Source: Tubulanus polymorphus
Taxonomy: Eukaryota > Animalia > Nemertea
DNA: 64,000 nucleotides
Direction: 5' to 3'
NCBI RefSeq assembly: GCF_964204645.1
Contig: NC_134030.1
Span: 5,436,778 to 5,500,777, forward strand
Part shown: positions 13,316 to 27,714 of the stretch, piece by piece
Position numbering within the stretch: position 1 is the stretch's first letter
How the letters are laid out: each line of letters opens with the position of its first letter
Notes under the pieces: model-generated
Database searches by the model: none
Told to the model about the DNA's origin: nothing
Seen by the model: the letters and a program-made list of their open reading frames with translations, nothing else
Made by a program: the position numbers and the translations under genes

Positions 13316-14311
13316 CCGACGCGTACGTCGAAAAACGTCGGTAGAACACGTTAGGGCATTAGTTTTACGTTCTTTCTGTGGCGTAAATAAATTCCGACTC
13401 CCCGGCTCGGGTTACGCCGAGACGGCAGTCTTATGGCGTTTCGAGAGAGGCCTGCAGCCGTCGTAAATTCACTGGTAAATTGCGTAATGATTACATTTCA
13501 ACGGCAACGATGTCAAACGAGCCCGGAACGATCGGATAAGCGATAGATAAGTGTCTTTTCGACGGCATAACAGGTCGGAATTAGATGTTTACTAGACGGA
13601 AAAATGGTAATTTAGATGCAAAAATCGTGTTCCAAGTCACGATCGTCGACTGATACAATCTGCACTGTCTTCTACATGAATATAATATGATATTCGGTCT
13701 GCTTGGATGACACGTTGGAAAAGTCATCTAACATGGACCTTTGATACTCAAATATTAAATTATGCTGTCTCCCTAGACGGCAATAAAAGGCCTCTGTTGT
13801 GTACTGGATAAGGTTTTTTATTTTTTAATCGACTGAATAATTTGGTTGATTTATCATTAGATAGCTTGCAATAATCATATGATTTAAGCTTTCTTGCAAT
13901 CAGGCCATTCATGTGAAATATAGTCCGAATTCACAGTAAGACATGCCATCGTTTTTGTACATTCTTCGAAATCTAACTTAACATAGAAGTGAAATATAAA
14001 GTGAAGTGACGGAGCTTCCAAAGCATTTCCTTCCCGGTCTTCAACAGAAAGTAATAACTTATTAATAGACAATGTTATAAAAATCCTGTGAAATATCGTA
14101 AATCTTGAAAATATCATGATATAATTTCAATACGTGCGATACATATCCCATGCGAACTGCTAAAACATTGGTTTGACGACTGAAGCCCACACGAATGTGG
14201 GAAGTATGAGGTATTTACTTCATAATCCGTATCGTCAAACGTACCTTTCATAAGCTAAGCTCGAGTGCAGGTGCGGATAAGCGAGCAATAAAAGACGATT
14301 TTAAAGCGAGC

Positions 14312-14314
<3 letters not shown>

Positions 14315-14349
<35 letters not shown>
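14315..14349. repeat. (AT)n microsatellite
   Basis: Direct inspection. Confidence 0.95.
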
Positions 14350-14354
<5 letters not shown>

Positions 14355-17300
14355 GCACATAGTAAATAATCAGAATACAAAATCGTTTTTATCGTAAAAA
14401 GTAAACATGAAATAGTAACGACGTCACGAGCATTTCTTTCCGTTTATTTCCATATACGACCGCGTGGTTTAATGGCGGATAAGCGACGGTAGAAGAATCC
14501 CCATCGGTCCAATTCCTGCTCACATCAACGTCAATATGATTTTGCTCGCCGATTGCGAATGGGCTAAAGGGAAACTATGACACTAAATAGCGTCAACAAA
14601 TACTTTGGCTTTTACATGTTAGCATTTGACCACGATCCCCGAGTTTGGGAAAAATCTGTTCGCAGTTTTTGCGACTGTAATCCGATAAAACTGCGATATT
14701 TTGATAGCTTTTCATTGACTCGAAATCGGGTTGGAATTTACGAGTCGTCTTATATCGAGCTGAACGTAGTTCGTATCTTCGAATCTTTACCAATAGATGG
14801 AACCATGCTTTCATCTCCTGCTCGACTCGTCTCCCTCTCATCTCCCGCTCGCTCTCAAAGCACGGGATCATTAAGAAGCAGAAAAGGCCTCCTCTTTGCG
14901 ATTAGGAAAAGTAATTTTTCATGCGCGAGCTAGGTCAACGGTGAGGTATTTTCCAAGGCGGGTATATAGAAGCGGCGGCGAAGATCAAAAGGAAAATTCT
15001 AAGAATCGGCGAATGATTAAAATTGTGGTCTTCGTAAAATAGTCGACGGATGGTTGATGATCGAGACGGCACTTTGAAGCCAGTAAAAATCTTACGCGCA
15101 GAGAATTTGTCAATTCTTTTGGCAGTTGGGGAAAAACTGTTACAAAAGCTAGTTCTGTTTTCACTCACCGAATCCATCTGGTTTATATTGCTAGTTATCA
15201 AAGACGGCGTTATTTCATTCCTATGATTGCGTATAAAATCCGAAATCCTAAAACGAGAAACGAGTAATGAAATGAATACGATATGATATGATATCGATGA
15301 AAAAGGGAAAACATAGTTTTCGAGGAAGGTATAGCAAAACTGAACAAGAAAAATGCTTTTCACAAGTCTTACCTACCGAGAAAAAACAGTTCTAAGGTGC
15401 TTTAACGCATAAGAAAATGCGCTTAAATCGTTAAATTATCTAAGGACATTTTGAACTAAATATAAGCCTATCGTTGGATTTGAAATTTGAATCTTGTGTA
15501 AAAAGTTTGCGACCGATTTTTCATTTTCTAGATTTTTTTCTTGTTAATCTAACTTGTTTGAACTTTTTCTTTTGCGTCGATTCGCCGCGGTGTACGCTTT
15601 ACCTTGCTGCGGCATGAAATACTGTAACTAATAATTACTTTCACTGAAAACATCGCTTTGTCATCCGCAAATGATATAAATCATAGTCAGCCAGCGAGTA
15701 CTGTTGTCCGACGCTTTTATTTTCGGTCAGTACCGTGTAAAATTGCAAGTCAGTCTCAATGTCTGAGGAAGTCATTATGAAGTTACAAATGGTTAGAATT
15801 AATTCGTAGCCGACGCGATATAGATTCCATACATCCCGTGAGTCATTTATTCCATTCGAACAATTTTTTTCTCTCCGAAACGCGCGGAAAATATTTTACG
15901 GAGTCGGAAAATTTGAAAATCGCGTGCGACGATATTTTTCCCTCGCAGCAACGTAAATCAAGCGTAAAAATGCATTTTGATTTCGCAATTAACTCGAAAC
16001 AATATCTGAAAATGAAAATCATGCGCTACAAACTCTGCTCATTTCAAGGTGGAAGCAGTCAACCATTCCAATATATAACCTGCTAAATTTATGATTGAGC
16101 TTCAATCATGAGGTGAAATAAAGTATTGGAAACCACCATTTAAATAAGAGATAATGAACTTTGTGGTTGGCAGAAATGGTGGTTGAAATGGGGAGGGAAT
16201 CTGCGCCGAGTGACAAAGGCAAAGATATCGAAGGAAACCGCATATATCGACAGCCTTTTCCTAGATCGTCGTGAACTCTTGAGTCAGGGGTGAAACGCAA
16301 AACGATCCAATATCATTATTACCGCCGATACGGACGTTAACGACAACCAGTTGTACAGAGAAACACGACATCGCCATGATTAATACACGGGCATTCGTTT
16401 TATTAATACAACACTTAGATTTGACAATTAATAATTGTACAACAAGAGTCAAGTCAACAGAATTACAGCACCCTTTCGAATCTGTGGACACGAAACGTTT
16501 TTGCCGGACTCGTGATATTAGTTTGCCATAGGAAAATAGTTCGGCGCATATGGCCGGATCGTGTCGCGCCACGATCAGGGCTTTACCACTACAAGGCCGT
16601 CGCAATAAATAGCATTGCATCAACCGTTCGTCGGTGGCAAAATCGATGTATACGAATATAATCCTCGGTGGCCGTGATCTACGAGCTGATCTAGATCGCT
16701 ACTATTTTCTGATCGAATACACTGTCCCCGATATGTTAGACGACAGACATTCCGGCGTAGACAGCAACGACGCGAAATATTAGAAAAAAAAATCTAACCG
16801 CTTTTCGAACACCGACCCGCGTACAACAAAAGTGTCGTAATTATCGAACCATCCGTCGATGATTTGTCACCGGGGTGATATGAATTCCGCGGTCGGTCGG
16901 TAGCGTCGTGCTTTATTTGTTTATCGCGTTCGTTCATTTTTCCTCAATTCGGAAATTACTTCTGAGTTTATTGACGCTCAGTTCGAAAGCTCACTTAGAG
17001 AAGCTCTACGTTTTAAACTTATACATAGTTTTTAATATTTCTTGCCATTAGACAGTGGCTTTTTTGAAAACTGGAACATTAAAAACACCTGCCCTAAAAA
17101 TATTCTCGAAGTCTGGTTCAGACGGTTGGGGGTTTGCTAGGCATGTACTCAAGCACGTATAGCACGGCGCATTCCGATAAATTCTGTTAACTACAATAAT
17201 ACGGAATGAAGATAAAAATATGAAATAAAACTGTCAAAATGAGATCAATGAGTAGATGATTAAACAACAATTGAACGTGGTCGTAAAAATCATTATGAAT

Positions 17301-20300
17301 TGTGAAATGAGAGTAATAATGGTCCGATGACCACGACTAGAGGTTTGTCGAGTTAAGGGAGGCTTCAATGACCCGACTTGAAGGTAACGCTATAGGTTAG
17401 TCGAGTCGTTGTCATAAATGAATACACACGCGGACACTGACGTCGCATCACCTATAGTCAACTGGTTATTAATGGTTGTCGGCGACGGCTTTTGAAGTCG
17501 CCGCCGACTAATTAATCAGGAAAAATATCGCGCGGTGAAACCACCTGTAAATGAAGAACAACTTAGGAAGCTTGTGTATATTTCGTATGCTCTTTGACGT
17601 GTAGCCATCATCGTTCAGTGAAGGGCTTTGACGGCCGCTATTCGAGCCGACACACAAAGCCCCGGTGCTGATGTATCGAGGTAGCATCTTGTAGATTGTC
17701 TAAACACGGTGGTGACGTTGGAAATGACAACGCAGATCAATTTATAAATCGTTCCATTATTACTAATGTAACACATTTTTCAACGCGCGGACGACTGCGA
17801 AATATAATTGCGCTTCGTACACGAAATTTAGATTTATGGTTTTTCGTACAGCACTGGTTATTTCGAATGGTTCCGATAAACCCCATTGTGTTGTTACTGA
17901 TTACGTTATTTGTATGTGGTGATGTTCGCTTGAAAATTAGATTAGAATTTACATTCTACAGTGTATTTGAAATCACTTTTTAATGCAATGCGCCTGCAAT
18001 TTGCGCCAAGAAATACTACATCAATCCAACTTTCATTTAAAATTGTTGAGGTTCAAACGATATGCGATTACAAAGTCCTTCGAGGCCAATATTCTCTCGA
18101 TTTAGATATGTACAAAGGGTATCGCAATGAAAAGAGGGTTATCGTATCCTATTTGCCAACTCTTCATTTTAACTTAATTAAAACTCTAGAACTGGGTCCA
18201 AAATCTCGTGAAAAAACGAATTTTACATAGAGTCTTGTTTCTATCCGGTTACAGATGTCGGTGTAAAGCTTTTTCGCGGTCGATGATTCACCGTTAATTC
18301 ATTGACAATCATATCCCGTGAAATCAGAGGCTTATTAAACAGATAGCTAATTAGTTTAACGCAAATGACTGAATAAGATTTGACGATTGATAGGCGACGT
18401 CAGGCTTCGAATAAAACCTGAAATAAAGCCGTTATCTTTGAAAAAGTAAAGCTGTTATCTAATCTGAGTTAACCTAGGTTTTCTATAAGACTAAAGATTT
18501 TCTTATTCGTCGACCCTATAGCTTTTGCAAAATCAAAATTCTGATTTCAATGCTCATTTGAAATTATCAAAAGTAAAACTGAACTCTACAATGAGGACTA
18601 CACCGAACCAAAATTGTAGCTCAATTTGAAATCGCTGACTGAACATAAATATAATAAACTTTCTAAACAAAACCACAGAATGGGATAAACATAATATAAT
18701 AAGCTCATTTGCAAGTAATGTTTAAAGAAATTATGTACATTATGAATCACATTTTTCTAGTAAGCAGTTTTAACAAAATCTCTATTGATTATAGCGGAAT
18801 TTTGGTCGATAAGGTCAGGATTACAGAAACATGAATTCAATATGTTCCTTTGATTTCACTTATAATCGTATCTTTGCGGCATCTTGCGAACATGGCGATA
18901 CATTCTGTAACAGATTTACTGAATTGTCTGATCGATCGGAGAATTTTTTTTCTATATAGAAAAAAAATATCGATTTCACCGCGAATGGAACGCAGTTCGC
19001 TTCATGGCGAGGTATATATATCTTTTATTTGATTGAGACGACATTACTGGTCGAGCCATCCATTAACGTATCATATGAAAAAAAGATATTATCGATGTGA
19101 TTATCGTGTGTGCCGGCTGAATCCAAATGCGCTGTCAATTAATACAGTGAAGTTTCGCCGATGTCCACACACTCATAACTATCCCGGTGCTTTCTTTGCC
19201 GCTGCGTGCGTGTGCCTGACTGACCGCTATCCATCATTCCGCTGTCCCGCAGTTTCTACAATTGCCACGTCCCATCTATTCCCGTTCTAGCTCGCATATA
19301 CGCAGGCCCTCTGAAAGCTTCGGCGGTCATTTTCATCAATTTCCCGATCGCGCATTTATCAGCACACGAGAAACGGACACTGGCACCTGCAACAACCTCA
19401 CGTAATGTATATGACATTTCCGGTGGCGTTAATAACGATAATCTGTCTTTTTAGGGGTCAAAATTAATGAACTTTTGGACAGTTTCGATTTGTCACAATA
19501 TGTCGGCAGCGGCTGAGTGTAATGTCTACCGCATGAATTTTCTCGACCGATTCAGCACGGCGTCTCGGTTATAGCACGACTGGTTAAAAAGTTGAGTTGA
19601 CTGAAACTGAAATGTGCGACAGTTATTTGCGATCACGTAGCGAGGTTGCTCGGCACGGTTGAAAATAGTTCGGACCAGACTGGAGTCAAAATTTGGCCCG
19701 TGCTTAATGAGAAAGCGTGTTCACGTATTAACTACTCATTTGGAATTGCTTAAACTGTAGGACGTGCGCCATTTTATCTGACTCCACTCCCCAAACAGGC
19801 ACGGAACCACTTGGTAATTGGCCCAGACCTTATCTACGGTAGTACGGGCCATATTCGGACCTGGTCGAAAACGCTCGTGTGAGCGCCGCGTATGTACACA
19901 GACAGTAGATGTGCTGATGTAATGTCTACACTCGGTAAAAAGACATTAAGCCGCTGAAAACCGCAGAAAGCCATTTACAGTAAAACGGTGCAAATCTCCG
20001 CGTTCGTTTTTACTTTTTTCGTCGTCATTTTTCAGATTAAACCTTCGAAAATATCAAACTAGAAAGAGCCGGGTTATTAATTATAAATGGATATCGCGCT
20101 TCCATCACATCTGTTTTGCTTTTCGATGCACGGATTGCTTAAGAGCCACGTACGAGCCAAATCGAAAAAAATGTTATAATTCCCTCTCAAATTATACGTT
20201 ACCCTGGATCTCACCGTCAGTCACCGATTATGATTCGATTTTTTTTCGCTAAATCTTTGTAATCCTATCATTATGTCATCGCCTAATGCAGAAGTATACG

Positions 20301-23300
20301 GGTATTAGCATTTTGCGGTTTTAGTATAATGTTATCGGATTACCTAGTTTCATAATTTTATGATAATCGTCTCACAAACGTGACAATCGTTTTATACGGA
20401 TACAATATGCGCATTTTCTATTTCCAACGGGTTGAATATCCTCTAATACATTACATACTTAGACACCTCCATCTCCAACGCGGCCTATATTAGATAAAAC
20501 CGCACCAAACACCATCTTTTAAATATGAATAGGAGATAAATGTATTTTTGTCACCGGCAAAACGCGACGCGCTTTGATCTTTGCCGACACCGTACCCAGA
20601 ATGCCGCGAATGATAATATCCTAAGATTTGAAGACGTCGCTAGTCCCGGATTCGTTATAATGCAACGTTACCGAATACAACGAAATACGTTATCAAGCAC
20701 GAACGCCGTACGTGGCTCGATGTATGCTATTAAACTGAAAAAAATATCAGGACAGAATTTGATACATTTATCATTTTGATACACTTTTGCTAGTTTCAAC
20801 TGGAGTTAGTTATGAAGATATCTCAAAATCGTGCGTTCAAATCACGTCATATAATAAACTACAGTATCTATATAGGGATACACGGTATAATTCGAATCGG
20901 TTTTTTTCACCGCGAAATTGCGGGGATTTAAATACCATTTTCAATATTCGGTTCATTACGAATACAAAATAAACCGTTTTCCACGAGTGAAGCATTTCTG
21001 CGAAGCACACTGTGGCGACTGCAGAGTTCGCGCTCGATTTCTTCCGGCGAAATGAAACTGGAGGTTAGTGAGACTGATTGATGTCGTTACTGCAAAGTTG
21101 GCGCGGCGTAACGTGCTCTGGTGTTGGTAATGAAATAATTTTCTATACACTTCTAAATTAACGAAGAATGAAATGAAAGCGCGTTGCCTCTCGCGCGCTC
21201 GCCGCAAACGACCCTGCCGGATTAGGTGGACATAATGAAGCGAGTTGCTCTGGGATTACGCGTTCATAATTGAAGCCCGGATCCCATTTATCTATGTTGG
21301 TATTTCAATACTGATGGTCATTAAATTCGTGTTAACAGGTGTTGAAATTACGCGATTAAACTGGCTGCTGCCAGATCGGTTCTCGATGAGGTTTTATTAT
21401 CGAACGAGCAGATAATGAACCGTGTATTGCTTTGCAATTCTGAACTTATTACAAAACTGTATTTGTATTAATTTGTCAAGTTTAATATGGCGATGAAAGC
21501 CGAAGCAGGATACGGTGTGTTGCTTAAAGCCGGCGCAATTAATCATTTTGCTAAACAACAATGTGTTCGTTACACAAAGAATCCGAATTCTGAAATTGAT
21601 ACTGGGTTCTGTTTCCCGGGATCTGAAATTATCGATTTCGTGCATTAGGATTCTTCGATATACGCGTTTCTTCCATCGCGCGCGAGGCCCGTTCCCAGAG
21701 GGACCGTTAACAAACCATATCGTAGGCTATAAATTACAGACAGCACAATAACAAAAATACTCTTCTTGTCTATCCGAAATTCATTCAGCATTTTTTTTCA
21801 AATAAAGCCCGAATAATATAGCCGAATTACAATATTTTTAGTTTTATGTGACGACATATGATCTGACGGATTTTTTTTTTTCATTTATCTTCCACCATTT
21901 TGGACCGATGGCCATTTTGCACCATCGATCACCACTAGTGGGGTGGTCATTAATGTTTCGAAATATTCCCAGCCAGAATGCTGCCTAAGAGCACGTGCCC
22001 AATCCTTCAGGCGAAGTAAAGAACACGACGACACTCTATCAGCCTACGTGGAATTGGCCGAGACCAGACTCCCTCCAGGCTAGGTCATTATTTGCGGCCA
22101 AAACATCTTAAAATGTATTATTAATAGGGAACAATGGCTTTTATGATTGCGTAAAATTAATGGTTTCATGGCATATGGGGTTTAAAAATGTTATTATTGC
22201 GTCGAAAGCATGATAAATACGATGGTAGGTCATTACACGTTACGGCAAGGTGAGATAGATACTGCATAATATAGTCGTTAGGCAGGCGATGAACCGCAAA
22301 AACGATAAAATAACGTAACAACATCCGTAATAATGATTGATACGTCATCGTCGAGAAATGCTCGGCTGATCGCGCGTCCAGCTACATTGAAAAGCCATTA
22401 TCGCCGATGGAAAAGAAAATCAAACCGACAGCTCGTTGGTCAGGCATAGCGTGGTTCAGGTGGTTACGCTGTACCGGGCATTGGTCGCGTGGAACACGCT
22501 CGAGTCCGCTGATTCTCTCACGAAAGGGTTTTTTGCTTCGTTCCGTTGCTACAAATGTAAACTTAATAGACGTCGGGCTGCTTAATGGAGAGTGCCACGG
22601 TGTGGAAGCAATTCGAGAAATTCAGTCGGGGAAATCTACATCCAATGCCTTTTTCAAAATCCTGTCTCCATGCGTGGTTCATAGACAGGTACAAAGCCAT
22701 CTATACCACTTTATACGTTATGATGTTACGCGTTGTAACCGCGATGTGACTGATGTGAGTTGGGCCTTAGTTTATATCACACAGGGTGAATTCCCAAAAA
22801 GAAACAGTCGCAGATTGATCGTGTAGTCTGCCTTTGAAGTCGACCGCCTCGTCGGGGACGATGCTCGTAATTTATAGCACACCTGACCAAAGTATTGTGA
22901 CTAGTAATTTTTCTCTGCCATATCGACGACGAAACCCACCCCATCTGCACGACGGCGGAATATAGATAGTATTATAACGACAATTTATGCTACGAATTTT
23001 TCTATCATCGATTCGAGTCTAGATGCGATGTGATTATTCGATATAATAGAATAGGAATGTTTTGATCATGTCTAAAAATGGAGGATTATTTCTGTATTTT
23101 TCTCCTTTACAAAAAGGCAAGGCACATCTCATTCCATTAACACATTTAGATTATCGAATCGAAGAATCGAATGCAAAATAATTGTAAATTCCGAAACGAG
23201 CTCTTTCATGATGAACAAAGTCGCTCGCACAGGGGCAGAACAGACGTTGAGGTGCTATTCCGGAGTCAGAACACATATTTACCTTACTATTTGAAAAAGC

Positions 23301-23480
23301 TCATGCGATATTTTATGACAAAATTCTACCGTTAGGTTTCGAGTAACATTCGAGCTCTTAAGGTCCAAATCTTAGTCAGATCATAACCCTTGATATCTCC
23401 AGGGTATTGGTTTACGATAGACACTGTACCATAGATAACTGTCTGATACCAATGAAGCGAAACCCCACTTCACTTCAAAA

Positions 23481-23560
23481 TGAAAAAACTAAGAAAAGAA
23501 TCTGACGTTTCGAGTCAATTCTCCGAGTCGAATCGTCAGATTCTCTTCTTAGTTTATTCA
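23481..23560. repeat. 36-bp inverted repeat with 8-nt loop
   Basis: TGAAAAAACTAAGAAAAGAATCTGACGTTTCGAGTC versus its inverted copy at 23525-23560, with 4 mismatches. Confidence 0.75.
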
Positions 23561-23590
23561 ATTTCATTGTAGGTTTTCACTTCATCTCCA

Positions 23591-23711
23591 GGGCCAAGTT
23601 TTACGAAAAAGTTTAAGCCTAAAGCGGTTAAGTTTGAATTGTTGTCCTCATTCAAGTTACCAATAGCAATTACACCAGCAATTTGAATAAAACTTTTTTT
23701 GTGAAACTGGG
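23591..23711. mobile_element. MITE just upstream of the Scr exon 2 acceptor
   Basis: GGGCCAAGTTTTACGAAAAAGTTT ... AAACTTTTTTTGTGAAACTGGG form imperfect TIRs. Confidence 0.55.
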
Positions 23712-23714
23712 TAG

Positions 23715-24110
<396 letters not shown>

Positions 24111-25878
24111 GTGTGGTGTTTATATCGAGTCGTATAATCCCTTGAGAATCTCAAACGTGTGACTCGGCACTTATCAGTCAGTCACAAGGTACACATACAG
24201 ACTGAGTGCGGACTGAAAGTCATAGCGCGATAAACAATATCAGAGCAGTCGTATATACGTGAACATCAACCGTTTCGCGAGTTGCTGAACGTTATCGTTT
24301 CGACTCTGAGAAAGGAAGGAAAAATGCCGCCGACAGCTTCGTTTTGTAAATGTCGTATTGAAGACGTGTGGCATATTCGATTTGTATGAAGTTTCGTTCG
24401 CTCGTTCGTTCGTTCGTGTTCACGAATTAATTTAGTTCCGCCCTCATCATATGAGCGAAGGAACTGCAGCTAAAGCGATTTATCCAATAAATCGTAAAAA
24501 AAGAAAAACAAGAAATAAATCGTGTCGCGTAATACGATTACCTCTTGATATGTCACGCGGCATATTCCAAGGTCACACACACAATAAGGTTAAAATAGTC
24601 AACTACATACTTAACGATTATGACAGTATGACGTCATTATAAGATAAGCTTCGAATAAGTAATAACGCTTATCTACTGATGCCGAATGTATAGTGTATAC
24701 TTGAAATATGAAATGAAAATTATTTTACTATAATTACGAAGAGTCATATCATTGAAATTGTACTAGGATCGCGTCTTGTGTCAAAACGATGTGTGTATTT
24801 TAATAGCGAAAAACGTAGTTTGGTCTCAGGATTATCAATTGTATGTTTAGCATAAAAACCACGCGTCATTCTACGATTATGTGCCATATATATATAGAAT
24901 ACGATAATTATCAATTCCGAAGTATTTTCCGAATGGGAATCGAGCTGAAGACCTTATTTAGTCGTAATCTTGAAGCTGATAGATGCGTGGTTTCACTTGC
25001 TATTTCAGTGGTGTATCGAACGGAATCATCCAGTTGATATAATGTTAACCATATATCAATTTATGTACGTAAAATTGGCTTATTTCGCCGGCGTATATTA
25101 TCTAACTGTATTTGACACTCGCCTGCCGGTGTTGGCTGGTTCGCGTCGACCGTCAAATGATATACGTCGGTTTCCTTGTCCCCTGTAGACGGCTACAAGA
25201 TCCTCGCTAAATGACGTCACGTTTTTCATTCATTATAGATAGGATATCGTAGCCGAAAAAACCTCTTTACTTTATATATGTGAAATAAATCGCGATTACT
25301 TACGCTGACACCAGCCGCAGTCGCCATACGATCTACGGGTCAAATTCGCGAAAGCTCGCTAAGTCTGCTGATTGTTGTGTCATATTGTTAAACATTAGTT
25401 ATGCAACAACTAGACTTAGTAAGCTTCGATGAAAGCAACCACTCCGTTTAAAAAACTGCGGCAGTGGATCGTAAATATTATACTAGTTAGGATATCGAAA
25501 TTGAGCAGAAAGGCCCGCTTCTAGTAAATACTATTTATTTACATTTTTTTCTATTGATCTTATATATAAAGATATATATATGATATACAATATACTGGTA
25601 ATGGCTTAATATTTCTGGTTATATATTTCAACTTGTATATAAAATATTGGGCTTATTTTTGTGGGTCACGAGTGTCGTCGAAAACGAAGTGATTTTCGTA
25701 ATTTCTCGTCGTTTTAGAATTTCCTTGGCGTCGACACTGCGTCGATCCACCATGTATTCGGTTATAACGATCCTGACCACCCAGTTCTGTATCGTTTTGG
25801 ATAAGGTAGAATTTTGCAATTCGAAAAGAGTACAATTCTTTGATCAATATGAACATATGAAAAATCTATTTTAGAAAG

Positions 25879-26077
25879 TCCCACACTTTAGAATGAAAAA
25901 TTAAGTCCGGAATGTTTCCTTGAGCTGGTAATTTATTCGACGTTTCTGCTATATCCTAATAGTCATCTTTATAGGAACTCAGTATTCCTGAAGATGTCTA
26001 TTAGGATGAATTCTTTAATCTTCATTTTTAGAGTAAGATTTTCCATATCATCGCCACATGCACGAACAGAGTGTTCT
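25879..26077. repeat. Inverted pair of the same hammerhead-bearing repeat, in the Scr 3' region
   Basis: Left arm on the - strand: AGATGACTATTAGGATATAGCAGAAACGTCGAATA. Right arm on the + strand: AGTATTCCTGAAGATGTCTATTAGGAT. The outer flanks are also inverted. Confidence 0.65.
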
Positions 26078-26393
26078 ATCAACGGTTATCAAACCATCAC
26101 ATCATTCTATTCCTTGAATCACTTCGAAATCATTCTTAAAGCGGCAGGAAATTGAATTATCCAAAACTATGCAGATCGGGAGTGTTTAAGGTTTCTAAAT
26201 ATGGCTTTCTTTGTCTCCACTAGTACCCGTATGAAAACGAGTGGATACCGTAGTGTATACGAGTGATCTAGAATCGATTCTAGAACCAGTAAAAATCATT
26301 TGAAAAAAACACAATGAATATGATCTATATGGCTTATGTGAATGGAAAAAGATATGATATTCCAATAAATTGTTTTACTGTATATTAGTATTA

Positions 26394-26431
<38 letters not shown>

Positions 26432-26455
26432 GATTATTATTATTATCATCATTAT
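26394..26455. repeat. (ATT)n microsatellite
   Basis: Direct inspection. Confidence 0.95.
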
Positions 26456-27621
26456 CGCATGTGTAGTATAAGTAGTTAGGTAATTTCTCCAGGTAGTTTT
26501 CTTCGTGATCTTTTTTGGTAGAGACGATGAATTAAACAGTTGTTGGCAAATTTCAAAAGATTATAGAAAATTAAATATTTATCGGATGTATATGTGAGTG
26601 TGTGCGTCGCGTGTGCGTATATACATCGTGCACACCGTTTTCTATAGACAGATGGTGATGTACGATAATAGCATATTTCATATTTCCGCGCTTATCAAAC
26701 GAGCAGTTTGGAATCGCATTATTTAACCAATCATCCGACCGAAAATGCGGTTACGTACATTAACGTCAAAGAATATCCATGTAGCCGTTTGATTTCAATA
26801 ATAAAGTACATTACCATTAGAATACACGCGCACGGACGACACAAATAGATATGGCGTTTGTCTACTAGGGACGTACCGATATCTAACGAGGATCTTGTAG
26901 TTGACTCAAGCACAGGGTCGGGTTATAGGGTAATAATATCTATGAGCATTGTGTATATTTGTAATGATATTGTGGTAGAGTATTCGATATTTTTGACATG
27001 TTAGGCTAACTTAGCAATTGTTGTTATACAGAAAATATATGTTTAACATCCCCTCGTGGAGAGAGGGGGCATTGCTAGGATGCTTTAAATATGTGTATAT
27101 GTTGGTTGTATTATATTTAGTATAAATACAGTAAAATCATCAAGTTGCAATATGTATATTCCATTATGTGATGTGAACCCCCGTTCTCTTGTAGTTGTCA
27201 CTCGACAAAGTTTCAGTCACTGTCTCACTGTACTGCCGAACAGGCATCATCTTTTTCGCACTTGGTAAAAAGAAAAATACTACGACATTTTTTTTTGTTT
27301 AACATTATTTACAGTTTGCTGCAAATTGAGCATATCAATTCTCCGATGAAAATATACTTTACTAGGATGGCACGAATCTGTGCAGTAATTTTTACCCAAC
27401 CGAGACGTACACACAATAAAGATATATTGTGAGCATTTTGATAGATGGAATAAAGATTTGTAACTGTAAACAAATGATACAGCGCTTGGTTAGTTTTTCA
27501 TATTATTTGCTCTCGTCGAGTGAAGATGGGGATTCAGTTTAGACGAATTACTCCAGGAAAGGAGAGACATTTAAATATCTGAGGGATTGTCCTAGTAAAA
27601 CTTTTCCATCTTAGGTCCGGT

Positions 27622-27714
27622 TGAGGTTTCATAGTCAAGGTGCAGACTTAAGACCAGTCTAAGACCATTTAAGTTCTATAGCCAATCCAACAAACTCTCG
27701 ACTATGGAACCTCA
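27622..27714 (-). mobile_element. MITE family A, reverse copy
   Basis: Reverse complement aligns by eye to 9080-9150. Ends TGAGGTTTCATAGTC / GACTATGGAACCTCA are inverted. Confidence 0.7.

Larger units (their letters stand above)
24111..27470 (+). other. Scr: Putative long Scr 3' UTR ending near tandem AATAAA (27415-27420, 27449-27454)
   Basis: UGUA/AU-rich distal segment at 26900-27470, two adjacent polyA hexamers, and a U/GU-rich tract after them. Earlier AATAAA hexamers exist, so the end point is inferred. Confidence 0.4.

Noticed and set aside
17462-17519. GC-rich hairpin in the Scr intron as a possible novel miRNA
   Set aside because: 3-nt loop and short regular stem do not fit Drosha/Dicer geometry; no known mature sequence.
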